Notes: generated by a model not told the origin, from the sequence alone. Counted from the stretch's first letter, positions 39,608 through 51,273 are shown. The stretch: 64,000 nucleotides of DNA from Thermodesulfobacteriota bacterium (GCA_963675595.2 CAXXLZ010000002.1:1120001-1184000), one strand, 5' to 3'. Made by a program: numbers and translations.

Positions 39608-40289
39608 AATAACTATCTGAGTTGGTTAACGATATGTTCCGAAGGGTTTGTTCTGTTTCGGCCTGAGAGGACCCTGAAGACTATTTTCCACCACGATATC
39701 CGCCGGTCCGGCACTTGCCGCTTTCCATGATCAATGAGGGCTCTTTTCGGCTTTTTTATTGTGAGGACAACGGCAAACCCGTCGCCGTCCTCGTCGGGGA
39801 CGGGTCATGCTTTCTGTTTTCATGAAGGCCACGGCCGGCAACGTCAAGAGGTTCGTCCAAAGCAGCCTTGAAAGCAAAATGTTTGCCGCAGGTGCGGCAG
39901 AAGAGCAGGCCGTGACTTTTTTCCTTGCCGTACTTGCCGCATAACGCGATGTCGCCTTGGTTGCAGAACCCGTAATTCTTAAACGTTTCGTTCGGACAGA
40001 AGCATCTCTCAAGTTCGGTAAACGATTGCCCACTTGGAAAGTGAAGTCACTTCGGGCAATTTTCATCGATACGCTTTCCGGCCCCAAGTACATGGGAACC
40101 TTACCAAGGGTCTATGATGTGTCTGGAAGGAGCATACAGCTCATCCCCACACATGAAGCACGTGAAACCGCTGGATCCGTCTTGGAGTTTTTGAAGAAAT
40201 ATTCGGGCTAAACAAGGCTGAAAAGGCAATCGAGATAACCTGTTTGTGTTTCGGCAGTAAATCTGTCGGGCGACGGAAAGGAGAATCAA

Positions 40290-40595
40290 ATGGTTTACGT
40301 GATTCGATCATCATGGCCTATGGAAGAAACTAAAGAAGTTCTTAAGGCTACCATGCAATTGCCGCCGATACCCGATTACATCAATCGCAGGGTGTATTCT
40401 TCAAGCGATTTAGGAGAGGGAATTGAATGTTTTGATATCTACGAGTTCGACGCCTCCAAAATCAATGAAGCGACGGAATTCCTGTATTCGCGAATTCAAG
40501 CCTTCTTCGGCGTATCGGGTTTTTCCTATGACATCAAGCCGTGGATGGACGAGCAGGAAGTCATGGCTTTCTCCGCAAAACTGATGTCCGCGTAA
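40290..40595 (+). CDS. Hypothetical protein (101 aa)
   Basis: AAGGAGA RBS, protein-like composition, and a hairpin GGACAGAGCCTTCAAAGGCCCTGTCC after the stop. Confidence 0.75.
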   Translation: MVYVIRSSWPMEETKEVLKATMQLPPIPDYINRRVYSSSDLGEGIECFDIYEFDASKINEATEFLYSRIQAFFGVSGFSYDIKPWMDEQEVMAFSAKLMSA

Positions 40596-41026
40596 ACGGG
40601 ACGTCGGGACAGAGCCTTCAAAGGCCCTGTCCCGAGTGGATTTCGCGTCATTCCGACCTACGGCGCATGCCTTTATATGTGCGCAAAAGCGGCTTTGTCG
40701 TATGGTATTATGAAATATCTCCCTTAACTGCCGAAACCTTCCCCTTGCTTTCGGGGCCGGCAGGACTTTGAGGGGCAGCCTGCCCGAATCCCGCTTTTAT
40801 TCGTAACTTCAGACCACTACAACAGATATCACCGTAAATCCTCTCCATTGCTCATCTCTGCCCATTATCGTCTGAGACAAGAGAAGAGCAGGCAATCCAC
40901 GTAGTGTTGCCTACTCTTCAGGCTTATCTTTGGAGATTCGGACCTCACTCCGTGTGAAGCAACGGCTCGACGGTCGAAACCGATCCGAGGCCTCGCGGCT
41001 CTACCCGGTGACGCACCGGTCGTCTT

Positions 41027-43426
41027 TCATTTCATGTTCGCCCATGGGGGCGCACTTTCGGAAATCGCTTCCGCGGGCCGAACCAGTCTCAACGGCTCGT
41101 CATCCTCTTCCGTAGAAAGAGCTCTCTTGCGAAACCAGATCCGTCGGCCCATATCTCCCTCCCCGGCCTCGGATTCGAGTTGAGGGTTCTCTTTTCCCTC
41201 CCTACCGGTTCCCACTACGGAAACCAAATCAGTTACGCAGTTGCTCAATTGCTCCGTCTGGGAGTTCATCTCCTCGGAAGCGCTCGCGGTCTTCTCGGCG
41301 CCGGCCGCATTGCGTTGGACCACCTTGTCCATCTCGGCTATCGCAATGTTTACCTGTTCGATTCCCTTCGCCTGTTCATTGGAAGCCGCGGCGATTTCCG
41401 CCACCAATTCCCCCGCTCCCGCAGCGCGTTCCGCCACCTCGGAGAAAGCCTCGTTGGTTTTGGCCACAAGGTCCTCGCCATCCTTCACCTTCTTCAGCGT
41501 TCCTTCGATCAAGCCCGCGGTGTTCTTCGCGGCCTCCGCGGCCCGCATGGCCAGATTCCTCACTTCATCGGCCACCACGGCGAACCCGGCCCCCGCCTCT
41601 CCGGCCCTGGCCGCCTCCACTGCCGCGTTCAAGGCCAGCAAGTTGGTTTGAAAAGCGATCTCATCAATAGTCTTAATGATCTTCGAAGTATTCTCGCTCG
41701 CCGTGGAAATGTCCTGCATGGAACCGATCAAATCCTTCATGGATTCATTCGCCCTCTCGACCACCTGCCTCGCGTCCGTCATCATTTGGTCGGCCTGAAG
41801 AGCGTTGTCCGCATTTTGTCGGGTCATGGAAGCCATCTCTTCCAGTGACGAGGAGGTTTCCTCCAGGGATGCCGCCTGCTGGGACGCCCCTTCCGCCAAC
41901 GTTCGGCCGGCGGAAGATACCAGATTCGAAGCCGACGAAACCTGAGTCACACTCAGCGTGATTCCACTGATGACTTTTCGGATCGGTTTGGTGATCACCC
42001 GGTTCACAAGCAGACAGATCACAATACTGATGAGCACGGCGCCGATGAGAGCCGCCCATGTGGTGAATCCCGCCGTTTCCGCCACGCGTGAAGCGGTCAT
42101 CAGAGTACCTTCCAATTCTTGGTTTGCTCGTTCGTTCGAGGCCACCAGGGCCTTGTTCTCTTTTTGGCTTTGCTCGTTGGCCTCAACCATCTTCACTCGG
42201 TTCAGCTCAATCCGTTGAACGTTCTGTATTGCGGCTTCAGATTTCGCAATGATTTCATTTTGTCTGGCCAGAGTATCGGTAATGTCACGCCCTATCGCCA
42301 GGATACCGAGAAGTCCTCCCTCCTCATCCAGTAGCCCCTGATAGGCGATTTCATAGGTCAAACCTCCCGCTTCCACCTCTCTCACCTGCAGGAAATCGCT
42401 GCGAGCCGAGCGTCCATCGATCACCCGGCCACCTTCCAAAGCCTTTTCCCGCAACTCCGCAGACCGCCGAGTGAAATCCTCGACCACTCCCGCATCCATT
42501 GGAACGTCCGAGACAACATCCCCTTCCTTCCCTAGGATCGTCGAGTACCGCACCTTTCCGATCCTTCCCTCCGAGTCGGCGGGGAAAAGCGCCAGACCGG
42601 CTCCCAAATCCTCCGAGAGAAAGCGCAGCATATCCAAATTCAGCCAATATCCGCAGACAAGAAGTCCCAGGTCCACCCCGGAGTCGGATTTCAGAAACGC
42701 GGCGGCACCAAGAACCAGATCATCCCCTATCCGGTCAATGCTCTTGGTGATGCGGTTTTCTCGGATGGCCGCTTTGAAAAGATAAGAGTCCTTCAAATCG
42801 GTGTCGAAGAGTCTTTCTTCATTTGAATACAGGCCCTTACCGCGATAATCACCCTTCAAACCAAGCACCGCGTAAAAGTTCGCATTGGCGGAAGAGACCA
42901 AAGCTCCAACGAAATCATTCAACACGCCTTGCTGCTCGTAAGGGTCCATCCCGGCGTTGGGCTCGATACCCGACTCAATCCCCACATCTTCCATGCTTGC
43001 GTGGTAGAAACCCGCAGCACTTTCGCGAACGTCCCGCGCCTTCACCGCCGCATCGCCCAAGAATTTCGCAGAGTTGACTCGCTCGTCCAGCAGTTGCAGG
43101 GCGGTTCCCGCCAGTGCGGTCATGTTCTGTCGAAGCGTCTCACCGGCCGAACGATTTGAATCTTGAATCAATTGTCGCATGGATTTGAATTGCTCACCAA
43201 GGTCGGCGGCCATATCGCCCATCTTTCCGGCGTCTTCGGCGGCTTCATTCAGTTTGTCATTCATACCGGCTGCTTGTGTTATAACGATTCCGGTTGTATC
43301 AGCCACCTTTTTCAGCAGGTCGTCCTGTTTATTCGCAGACCACAACGCCACCATACCAATAGTAATGGTGCACAATGCAAGAAGAGATATCATTCCAATC
43401 ATTTTTTTATTGATACTATTGAACAT
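41027..43426 (-). CDS. Methyl-accepting chemotaxis protein with large periplasmic domain
   Basis: Two TM segments and the signalling hairpin [37 protein letters not shown]. Confidence 0.93.
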   Translation of the reverse strand: MFNSINKKMIGMISLLALCTITIGMVALWSANKQDDLLKKVADTTGIVITQAAGMNDKLNEAAEDAGKMGDMAADLGEQFKSMRQLIQDSNRSAGETLRQNMTALAGTALQLLDERVNSAKFLGDAAVKARDVRESAAGFYHASMEDVGIESGIEPNAGMDPYEQQGVLNDFVGALVSSANANFYAVLGLKGDYRGKGLYSNEERLFDTDLKDSYLFKAAIRENRITKSIDRIGDDLVLGAAAFLKSDSGVDLGLLVCGYWLNLDMLRFLSEDLGAGLALFPADSEGRIGKVRYSTILGKEGDVVSDVPMDAGVVEDFTRRSAELREKALEGGRVIDGRSARSDFLQVREVEAGGLTYEIAYQGLLDEEGGLLGILAIGRDITDTLARQNEIIAKSEAAIQNVQRIELNRVKMVEANEQSQKENKALVASNERANQELEGTLMTASRVAETAGFTTWAALIGAVLISIVICLLVNRVITKPIRKVISGITLSVTQVSSASNLVSSAGRTLAEGASQQAASLEETSSSLEEMASMTRQNADNALQADQMMTDARQVVERANESMKDLIGSMQDISTASENTSKIIKTIDEIAFQTNLLALNAAVEAARAGEAGAGFAVVADEVRNLAMRAAEAAKNTAGLIEGTLKKVKDGEDLVAKTNEAFSEVAERAAGAGELVAEIAAASNEQAKGIEQVNIAIAEMDKVVQRNAAGAEKTASASEEMNSQTEQLSNCVTDLVSVVGTGREGKENPQLESEAGEGDMGRRIWFRKRALSTEEDDEPLRLVRPAEAISESAPPWANMK

Positions 43427-43818
43427 TGCTCTTCCTAATATATATAGAAAGGTGTGAACTTCATAGCTATCCGGAAGAAACATCAGGATATGAAGTATGA
43501 GGAAACTGTCTTGGGAAATCCCTGAACGGCTCCTCCCGAACATTCCCTAACAGCGGACGTTTGACGAATATGGGGAGGGGATGAGGCCGGCATCGAAAGC
43601 CGGGTGGGAGCCGGGCGGACATCCACCCAACATGGCGCAACTATGCGGTTGAGCGCAAACCTCGGTCACGAGACGCCGGACGGACGGCCCCCCACTCTCC
43701 GAGCCGTTGCCCGGCAGGGAATTCGGCAGGTATCCAGCCCTCCGAGAGCGTGACGGGGCGGGTCGGTCCTTTCACCCACCGCAGCGGGTTCCGACGCCCT
43801 TTGAAAAAGGCCGGTCGC

Positions 43819-43938
43819 TGCGGTCCGATGAAGAACGATGATATGGCAGGGCGCGCCTGGTCATGAGACGTACCTGAAAAACGCCCCGGCGACGGAGGTG
43901 AAGCCCAACGCCGAAAATCATGTTTTTCACCGGCCCGC
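43819..43938 (+). repeat. MITE-like repeat family B with terminal inverted repeats
   Basis: GCGGTCCGATGAAGAACGATGAT ... ATCATGTTTTTCACCGGCCCGC imperfect terminal IR. Internal similarity to 15048-15175. Confidence 0.6.
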
Positions 43939-43976
43939 TGGAGATCATCTCGCCCGCACAAGCCTATGCGGGGGTG

Positions 43977-45035
43977 CTATTTTAAAAAGTCCTCCGCGGT
44001 CAGTCCCCAGTTGAACACCTCTGTTCCGTGCCATTGCTTACAGATTTCCACGTATTTTGGATTCTCGAGCATACCGGCGACGGCCTTGTCCATGAGACCG
44101 CCAAGATCCTCATCCTCAGCCCGGGTAACGGCCGAGTAAATGTACGGACCAATCGGCTTGGAGAAAGCATGAATTCTTTTGGCCCATCTCTTCGAATCAT
44201 TGGCCACCCACCAGATAATCCCCAAATCAATCACACCGGCGTCCACTTCGCCGTCGGCGATCAACTTGTATATGACGGGCATCTCGTCAATCTGGAGGAT
44301 TTCTTTTACCGGGATTAGAGGAACCGTCTTTCCGGCTCTCTCCATCTCGGCTTCCGTTTCACTCTTCGGGAAGACCCGCTCGAGATTCTCCTTCCCCTCA
44401 TCGGCGGGCACATAGATTCCCGCACGCCGCATGACTCGTCTGACGGCGGGATCGTTGATCACCACCACTCTTTTATCGGCCAAGGAACTCGCGTCCACCG
44501 TCACGTCTTTCGCGGGTTGGCCGTCTTTTTCCTGGCAGCAGACGACCGGTCCCGTATCCAGGTACGAACGGGAATACCGCACGTTGTAACGTGCATACAT
44601 CGGACTGGGAATCAGGGCGGAAAAGACCACATCGTACTTTCCGTCCCGAAGAACCTTGATGATCTGACTCCACTCTTGATCCACGATTACGGGCTTGATC
44701 TCCATTCCCAGGTCCTTGGAAAGTTCCTCAGCCAGGATATCGGTGAGAGCCACTTCGAGTCCCGTCAGCTTGCCCCTCTCCTTAAAACTCAGGCCTTCGA
44801 ACGAAAGATACATCCCTATTCGTATTTGACCGTCCTGCTTGATTCTGGCCAGGGTTTCACTTTCGGCCGCCCTCGAATCCATTGGAAGACCCAAAAGAAT
44901 AAGAGCCGCAACGACCACCGCAATCGTACCTTCGCAATGTTTGAGCAACGTGAAAAGCCTCAACTGAGTTCTCCTTTGTGCAGATGGTAAAGGAAGATTA
45001 TCGGAAGCGGCCTCAGAAGCGAAGACCGCTTCCAT
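43977..45035 (-). CDS. Orphan ABC-type substrate-binding protein (polar amino acid, SBP_bac_3-like); start uncertain
   Basis: TLARIKQDGQIRIGM, GLEVAL, GKYDVV and YSRSY motifs, preceded by a hydrophobic signal-like segment. Confidence 0.75.
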   Translation of the reverse strand: MEAVFASEAASDNLPLPSAQRRTQLRLFTLLKHCEGTIAVVVAALILLGLPMDSRAAESETLARIKQDGQIRIGMYLSFEGLSFKERGKLTGLEVALTDILAEELSKDLGMEIKPVIVDQEWSQIIKVLRDGKYDVVFSALIPSPMYARYNVRYSRSYLDTGPVVCCQEKDGQPAKDVTVDASSLADKRVVVINDPAVRRVMRRAGIYVPADEGKENLERVFPKSETEAEMERAGKTVPLIPVKEILQIDEMPVIYKLIADGEVDAGVIDLGIIWWVANDSKRWAKRIHAFSKPIGPYIYSAVTRAEDEDLGGLMDKAVAGMLENPKYVEICKQWHGTEVFNWGLTAEDFLK

Positions 45036-46707
45036 CGGTGTCTTGGAGATGGGGCCTTCACTCCGAAGCGCCCCCTTTCCAAGCCGGTTCGAATCGTCTC
45101 TCTTCGAGCGTCCGAACCTCTCATCGGAAATATGCCGTCTAGCTCACACCCTGTTGCAAGCCGTTTTCCCTGGACTTCAAAGCTTGAACGCCGCCACACG
45201 ACCGTCTTCGTCGCGGCTGATTCCGTTCCGCTTTTCTGAAACGGCGGGGGGTCCACCGCACGCGAAGGCAACCGTCGCCCACGCCGAGAAGCCCAAAGAA
45301 GCCGCCATGGTCGGACCCCGGCCATTCTCCGTATTCCACCGTCCGCGTGTGCCTCTCTCCCGCCGTCCGTGGGAGCGCGGCATGGTGCGATGACCAAGCT
45401 CACGAAATACGTCGGCCGAAAGTTTCTTCCGTCCACGGCATAACAAAGGCGGACCGCAATCCCGCAGGAGCCGCTAAGCGGAACCCGATGTATGACAAAA
45501 TCCGGTACGAATCATGTTCCCAACACCGAGACACAACTCCAGTCGGAATTTCCGCCTATTAGCGACGCCTCCTTTCATATGGAAGGATCGCCTATATAAA
45601 CCCTAAACTACCAAATCGTTATCTATTTACCAAGAAAACTTTTTCCATTTCACAATATTGCTTTAATTTATGATCCACTTAGGATTGTATTTCTTGCAAC
45701 AAAACATCTTATATTTCAAAACAACCAATGTTCTTCCGCTTAAATATTGAAATCTCCAATAGCAAAATTATTTATATGCTTTTAAATACAGATAAATGTA
45801 ATACAGCCATATATGGATAGCCGTATCCCATTTAACGATCACTGTCCTACATTGTGAGAATGCCGACCGTCGTGAGTTGATGTGCCTGGAATTCCGGATC
45901 GCTTCAAATGGGAAGCCGACTCCGATCCGGCGGCCACTTGAGAAAAAGCTTGAAACGTCTCGTATTCCCATCGCCGGGCGGCGGTGAGAGGAGGGAGGGG
46001 AGCGATCAGCGCACCGATCACGAAATTCCCCGCGCTTGGATTCCGGCTGAGGTGGATACGGGAAATGGCTCAGCCCGTAAAAGCCGGCAGGAAGAAAGAC
46101 GACCGGAAGGGCATGAATCCCGAGATGAAACCGACACGAAACACGCCTCGGATCACGCCCTTCCGCACCCCGGCGCTGCATCCCTCCGGACTTGTGAGCC
46201 TATTCGGTCAAGAAACGGCCGTTGTCCTGTTCGGCATCCATTACGGACCACGTGACAAACACCGGAACAACGGCCAAAACGATGCGCTTGAGCATTTGAG
46301 TTTCTCGTCTCCGTATGAATGAGTTTCCACATACCGACCCGAAGTTACCAAAGCATGAACAATCTACAAAGAAAGCCCGCCCCTCTCTGCCAAATCATGC
46401 CATCGATTTATCATAGTGCGGTTTTTACGTGTGCTCATGTCTCCTGTATGGTAGTAATGGAACGATATCCGTATCATGCGGATAGACGTCGATTATCCCG
46501 TCCGCCTGCAAGCCGATGGTCGATCCTGATCGCAATTGGAAAAGACGTCGGATAGATATCAAGGTGACGGGGATAATCACGATGTTAATGACAGCCCCGT
46601 ATTAAACACTTTGTCGCCTATAAAGAATGGATGCCGGGAAGGCTTCACGTCCGCGGGGAATATACGATCGTACAACCATGGCCGCGCAAAGAGAGGAGGT
46701 TGTTTCT

Positions 46708-47373
46708 GTGACGACGCGTATTCTGAGGAAGCTGATCATCATGGTCGCCGTCTTGTTGCCCGCCGCGCTCACGCAAGCCGCCGAGCCCGAAATTATGAGC
46801 ATACATCTCATCGACCGGTATCTGAATGACGGCCAAAGGAACGTGTTCTCCAGGCACGACTATACCGTTCGGCAGATACTCGAAGATCTGTTGGGTATTC
46901 TCAATCAGACGGACCTTGAAGCCGTCATCGGCAGATTTGAGGGCGACCCGGCCGTCATGCCGCGATTCTTCAGCGGAGATACGGCACAGCTCAAGAGCGA
47001 CCTCGAATACCTCCTCAACGTTTTCCCTCAGACCGGCGGAGTCTTCTCGAACCCTCTGTCCGTCGGCGAGAAGAGCTTCGTGGATGACGGGGGGGACTAC
47101 TTCACCACCGACGAACCCGAACGCTTCACCCCTCTACCTTCCAGCAATACCTATGTTTTGAATTTCTATGCAGGAAAAGATACGGCGGCCACTTCCGCTT
47201 TCGGAATCCTCGAAAACGTGGAAATCGTGACTCGGGACAATCGGTATCGTATCTTCGCCCGGGAAGAACCCGTTCCCGCGTCCGTCGCGGACGTATCCGC
47301 CCTGAACTTGGCGGGCGCCTTGATCCTGTCGCTGATGGTGGCCGCTCTGGGATGGAGGCTCATCCGAGCCTGA
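46708..47373 (+). CDS. Secreted protein with IPTL-CTERM-like C-terminal sorting signal
   Basis: GAGGAGG RBS before a GTG start. Signal peptide ending ALTQA. C-terminus VSALNLAGALILSLMVAALGWRLIRA. Confidence 0.7.
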   Translation: MTTRILRKLIIMVAVLLPAALTQAAEPEIMSIHLIDRYLNDGQRNVFSRHDYTVRQILEDLLGILNQTDLEAVIGRFEGDPAVMPRFFSGDTAQLKSDLEYLLNVFPQTGGVFSNPLSVGEKSFVDDGGDYFTTDEPERFTPLPSSNTYVLNFYAGKDTAATSAFGILENVEIVTRDNRYRIFAREEPVPASVADVSALNLAGALILSLMVAALGWRLIRA

Positions 47374-47398
47374 AAGGGCCGCAGAAAAACGCCGAGGT

Positions 47399-48280
47399 TC
47401 ACTGGCCTATGAAATCGGCATACGCGGGAAAGCCTACGGTCGCATACATGCGTCGAACATACCCGTATTCCGAATCGCTCACGCGCGTCAGAAACTTCAT
47501 GCCCTGGTACTTGGCATTGTCCTCGCCCACGAGAACGGCCTCGATCAGCTCTCGAGGATGCGTTTCGAAGCAATGCCTCAGACGCGCGAGCAGGTTGCCG
47601 TCAACGTGAGAGCCCGCGAGCATCACGTCGTTGGGCAGGTCCGGTCCCCGGCCGATCACCCTGAAAGCTCCGGGCTCCAGGGTCTCTTCTTTGGATCGTT
47701 TTCTCTGGAAGACTTGGTAATTCATCCCCAGAGCTGCAATGTCCCCACGAATCAGAGCCGCCCACGACTGATCCACGTCTTCCACATGCACGGATTTGAT
47801 ATCGCGACGAGGGTCCAACCCATGGTCGGCCAGAATCTGCATGGGAGCCAAGTGGTTCGAGGTCGACCCCAAGGCCCCGAAAGCGACTTTCTTTCCTTTC
47901 AGATCGGCGATGGTGCTGATTCCGCTCTCAGCCATGACCACAATCCCCGCGAAATAATCGGGCCGGGAAAAAACCACCAGAGGCTGCGATTCGGTCTTCT
48001 TCCTGAAGACCACGTATTCGGCCGGACCGGTAAGCACCAGGTCCACCCTCCCGGAATTCAAGGCGCGTACCGCTTCCATGCGGCTATGGACCGGGCAAAG
48101 CCGGATATCCACGCGTGCCAGACGACTCAATCGGTCTCGAAACGCTCCGAATTCCTTCTCCAGAGGCGCACTGCCGATCAGGTCCGTCACCGCCAACCCC
48201 AGGTGGTCGGAGGCGTGGACGTTGTTGAATATGGGTGAGAGGAGAAAATAAAAAACCACCAGCCACAGCCGCGACTTCAT
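47399..48280 (-). CDS. Phosphate/phosphite/phosphonate ABC substrate-binding protein (PhnD family)
   Basis: GRVDLVLTGPAEY, DLKGKKVAFG, GSTSNHLAP and LPND motifs. Signal peptide. Confidence 0.85.
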   Translation of the reverse strand: MKSRLWLVVFYFLLSPIFNNVHASDHLGLAVTDLIGSAPLEKEFGAFRDRLSRLARVDIRLCPVHSRMEAVRALNSGRVDLVLTGPAEYVVFRKKTESQPLVVFSRPDYFAGIVVMAESGISTIADLKGKKVAFGALGSTSNHLAPMQILADHGLDPRRDIKSVHVEDVDQSWAALIRGDIAALGMNYQVFQRKRSKEETLEPGAFRVIGRGPDLPNDVMLAGSHVDGNLLARLRHCFETHPRELIEAVLVGEDNAKYQGMKFLTRVSDSEYGYVRRMYATVGFPAYADFIGQ

Positions 48281-48367
48281 GGGTTTTCCTCCGTCCGAGG
48301 ATTCGTCGTCCGATGTGCCGTAAGAATGAGGATGCCGACCCTAAGGCGGCCATTGCATGGGAACGAA

Positions 48368-51118
48368 CTATTGGACTCGCCCCGAGAAGACCCGGGGCTC
48401 CGAGCCCTGGGCAGTCCGCCTCAACATCCTATCCATCGACGCCCCCAAAGTCCGTTCTCCCTTCAACAGAGCTTCGGCGTTTTCTTTATCCAACGGCTTG
48501 GCGAACAAATAGCCCTGGACATAATCGCATCCCATTCCCTCGAGTTCCGCGAGTTGTGCCTCTGTTTCCACTCCTTCGGCCACTACGTCCATGCTCAAAT
48601 TGTGAGCCAGCAGGATGATGGTCCGCACAATTTCCTTGTGCTTGCCGCTCCCGTTCATGTGACTCACGAAAGATCGGTCCACTTTGAGAACATCAATGGG
48701 AAATCGATGCAGATAGTCCAGACAGGAATACCCCGTCCCGAAATCGTCGATGGAAAGCTTCACTTTCCGCCTTTTCAGCTCTTCCAATAGGATTTCAGTT
48801 GCTTGAGCGTTCTCCATGACCACGCTCTCGGTGACTTCCAGGGTGAGACATCTGGAATCCAGACCCGACTCCTCCATCAATTCGCAAATCTGCTCCGAAA
48901 GTTCCGGTTGTCTGAATTGCTTGGCGGAGAGGTTCACACTGATTCCCAGGGAGGAGAACTCGGGATACCTGCACTGCCACTCCCTGACTTGGCGACACGC
49001 GTCCTTCAAGGTCTGCAGGCCGATGGATATGATCAGGCCGGACTCCTCGGCCACATGAATGAAGTCATAGGGATAGATCAGACCCTTTTCAGGATGCCGC
49101 CATCGCAGCAGGGCTTCAAAGCCCGTCAGGCGCTTCTCTCGTAGAGACAATACGGGCTGGTAATGTACCTCGAATTGGTTCCTCCCCAGGGCTCGACGCA
49201 TACCGTTCTCCATCGCCATGGCCTGGATCACCCGGTCCCGCATGGGAGCACTGAAGACTTTGTAACAATCCTTGCCCTCTTCCTTCGCTTGGTACATGGC
49301 GATATCGGCGTCGCGCAGTATGTATTCGGCCCGCTGATGGGTGGTTGAGTTCCACACGATACCGATACTGGCCGACGTGTGAATCAAATGCCCCCCAACA
49401 AGCATCGGAGCGCGCACTTCCGTCTGAATACGCCGGACAACCTGGACGACGCCGTCCAAGGATTCCACGTCCTCCAACAACAGGGCGAATTCATCGCCTC
49501 CGATTCTGGATACCGTATCAATGGCCCGCACACAGGAGCTCAGTCGTTTGGACACGGCCACCAGAAGTTGGTCACCCACGATATGTCCCAAACTGTCGTT
49601 CACCACCTTGAATCGGTCCAAATCAAGAAACAGGACGGCGAAACGTTGGCTTTTCTTTCTCTTGGCCCTTTCCATGGCCCGTTCCAGCCGATCCATGAAC
49701 AAGGCGCGGTTCGGAAGCCCCGTCAGTCGATCATGAAACGCATGATAGGCCAGCTCGGCCTCCGCCCGCTTCCGTTCCGTGATATCAACGTAAACACCGT
49801 AGCACCCTTCCGACCTGCCCTCGATTTCAATGGGGAAGGTGAGAACCGAAACGTCCACTCTGCTCCCGTCCTTCCGCTTTCTCACGGTCTCGATTTCCGT
49901 CGGCCGTCTGTGGGCAAGCTCATCCCTCATGGTGGCGGACTCGTGAAGCCGATCCTCCGGAACGATAAATTCCGTGAGAAACCGGCCCCGGAGCTCCTCT
50001 TCCGAATACCGGAACATCTTCTCGAAAGCTCCGTTGACGGAGAGTACGGTCCCCGAGGCGTCACAAATCACCGTGGCTTGGGGTGAATTTCTGAAGAGTT
50101 GCTGGAAATAGGCCTGTTGCTCCTTTCTCTGTTCTTCCGCCTTCTCCCGTTCCCGAATCTCCCCTTCCAGGGCTTCGTTGGTCACCCGCAGTTCCGAGGT
50201 GGCCGTGCGTACTTTCTTGCGAAGTTGATAACTCCAGAAGAGAATCACGCAGCCCAGCAGACTCAACCCGAGCAACACCGCGCCCACCAATTGCCAGGGA
50301 ATGCGACGCACCAGCCTGGATTCTTTCCAACGCTCTTCAAGAGCATGCATCTCCTCGGGGGTAATTCTCGACAGACCATCGTCCAAAAGAGCGAGCAGGT
50401 CGGAGTCCTCTTTTCTCACACACGCATGAACAGGCAGTTCCACCGCGGGTGTCCGGGTGTATCTGTATTCATCAAGCAGGCCCAGCTTGGAAAGGTGATG
50501 AGCGGCGTTGAACATCGTTCCCGCAAAGGCGTGGATTTCCCCCAGGAAAGCGGCCTGAGCGAGTTCCGGAAAAGAGGGGTACTCGATGATCGTGGTCCCG
50601 AAGGGCACCGTATTCTTCACGAAGTTTGAAGAAAGCCCCGCCTCCACCACGCCTACATGGAGCCCCTTGAGATCGCTGAATCGGGAGATGCCTTTGAGGG
50701 ACTTATGGTGGAACAGGTAGTAGGTGCGGGAGGCATACGCGGTTGTGAAGTCGGCCCACTGTCGGAGCTTTTCGGAGGGCAAAACGGGCGCCGAGAAGTC
50801 GGCGCGGCCCTCTTCCAGAAGTCGGATCGCCTCGCTCCAGGTGCTCAAACGGAATTCGATCTTTCGGCCCGTCTTCCGAGACCAGAGGTTCCAGATATCG
50901 ATGTTCAAGCCTTCCGGGCTACCGTCCGCGTCGGTAAACTGGAAGGGAACACAGTGGTCGGGTCCCGTCATGACCAAAGGAGCGGTATCGCCCAAGGGAC
51001 CGGAGGTGGGTGCCGCGTTGCCGATGGTGGGAAGAACCGCCCAACTACCCAGCAACACGCTCAAGATGAGTATGATGTTCTTGCTTAGAGACATTTCGGA
51101 TTTCTGTTTTGCTTCCAA
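48368..51118 (-). CDS. SBP_bac_3-TM-PAS-GGDEF-EAL c-di-GMP signalling protein
   Basis: Periplasmic binding domain, TM, PAS, RIGGDEF, FEALLRW and DDFGTGYS. Confidence 0.93.
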   Translation of the reverse strand: MEAKQKSEMSLSKNIILILSVLLGSWAVLPTIGNAAPTSGPLGDTAPLVMTGPDHCVPFQFTDADGSPEGLNIDIWNLWSRKTGRKIEFRLSTWSEAIRLLEEGRADFSAPVLPSEKLRQWADFTTAYASRTYYLFHHKSLKGISRFSDLKGLHVGVVEAGLSSNFVKNTVPFGTTIIEYPSFPELAQAAFLGEIHAFAGTMFNAAHHLSKLGLLDEYRYTRTPAVELPVHACVRKEDSDLLALLDDGLSRITPEEMHALEERWKESRLVRRIPWQLVGAVLLGLSLLGCVILFWSYQLRKKVRTATSELRVTNEALEGEIREREKAEEQRKEQQAYFQQLFRNSPQATVICDASGTVLSVNGAFEKMFRYSEEELRGRFLTEFIVPEDRLHESATMRDELAHRRPTEIETVRKRKDGSRVDVSVLTFPIEIEGRSEGCYGVYVDITERKRAEAELAYHAFHDRLTGLPNRALFMDRLERAMERAKRKKSQRFAVLFLDLDRFKVVNDSLGHIVGDQLLVAVSKRLSSCVRAIDTVSRIGGDEFALLLEDVESLDGVVQVVRRIQTEVRAPMLVGGHLIHTSASIGIVWNSTTHQRAEYILRDADIAMYQAKEEGKDCYKVFSAPMRDRVIQAMAMENGMRRALGRNQFEVHYQPVLSLREKRLTGFEALLRWRHPEKGLIYPYDFIHVAEESGLIISIGLQTLKDACRQVREWQCRYPEFSSLGISVNLSAKQFRQPELSEQICELMEESGLDSRCLTLEVTESVVMENAQATEILLEELKRRKVKLSIDDFGTGYSCLDYLHRFPIDVLKVDRSFVSHMNGSGKHKEIVRTIILLAHNLSMDVVAEGVETEAQLAELEGMGCDYVQGYLFAKPLDKENAEALLKGERTLGASMDRMLRRTAQGSEPRVFSGRVQ

Positions 51119-51273
51119 TGGGTTCCGGCGAGGAAGGGATATTCAGGTCCTTTCCCCGGAGCGCCGAACGAGACCGAAGCTCAACAGATACCGCACAAAT
51201 GTCACGGAGTTGTTACGGTTACAACAAAGGCGTGTGCAGAAACAAGAAAAGAGTAAAAAATGAGTAGGGCGTG

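Noticed and set aside
39770-39815. GGCAAACCC resembling a c-di-GMP-I riboswitch
   Set aside because: Lacks the GNRA loop and the following GCAAAGCC/P2 elements.
40797-40920. Possible IS end (TTATTCGTAACTTCAG) and hairpin GAAGAGCAGGCAA..TTGCCTACTCTTC
   Set aside because: No partner IR or transposase. The hairpin is simply explained as a terminator between convergent genes.
45990-46294. Decayed membrane-protein gene on the minus strand (MLKRIVLAVVPVFVTWSVMD...)
   Set aside because: Too fragmented (stops and frame changes) to assign with confidence.
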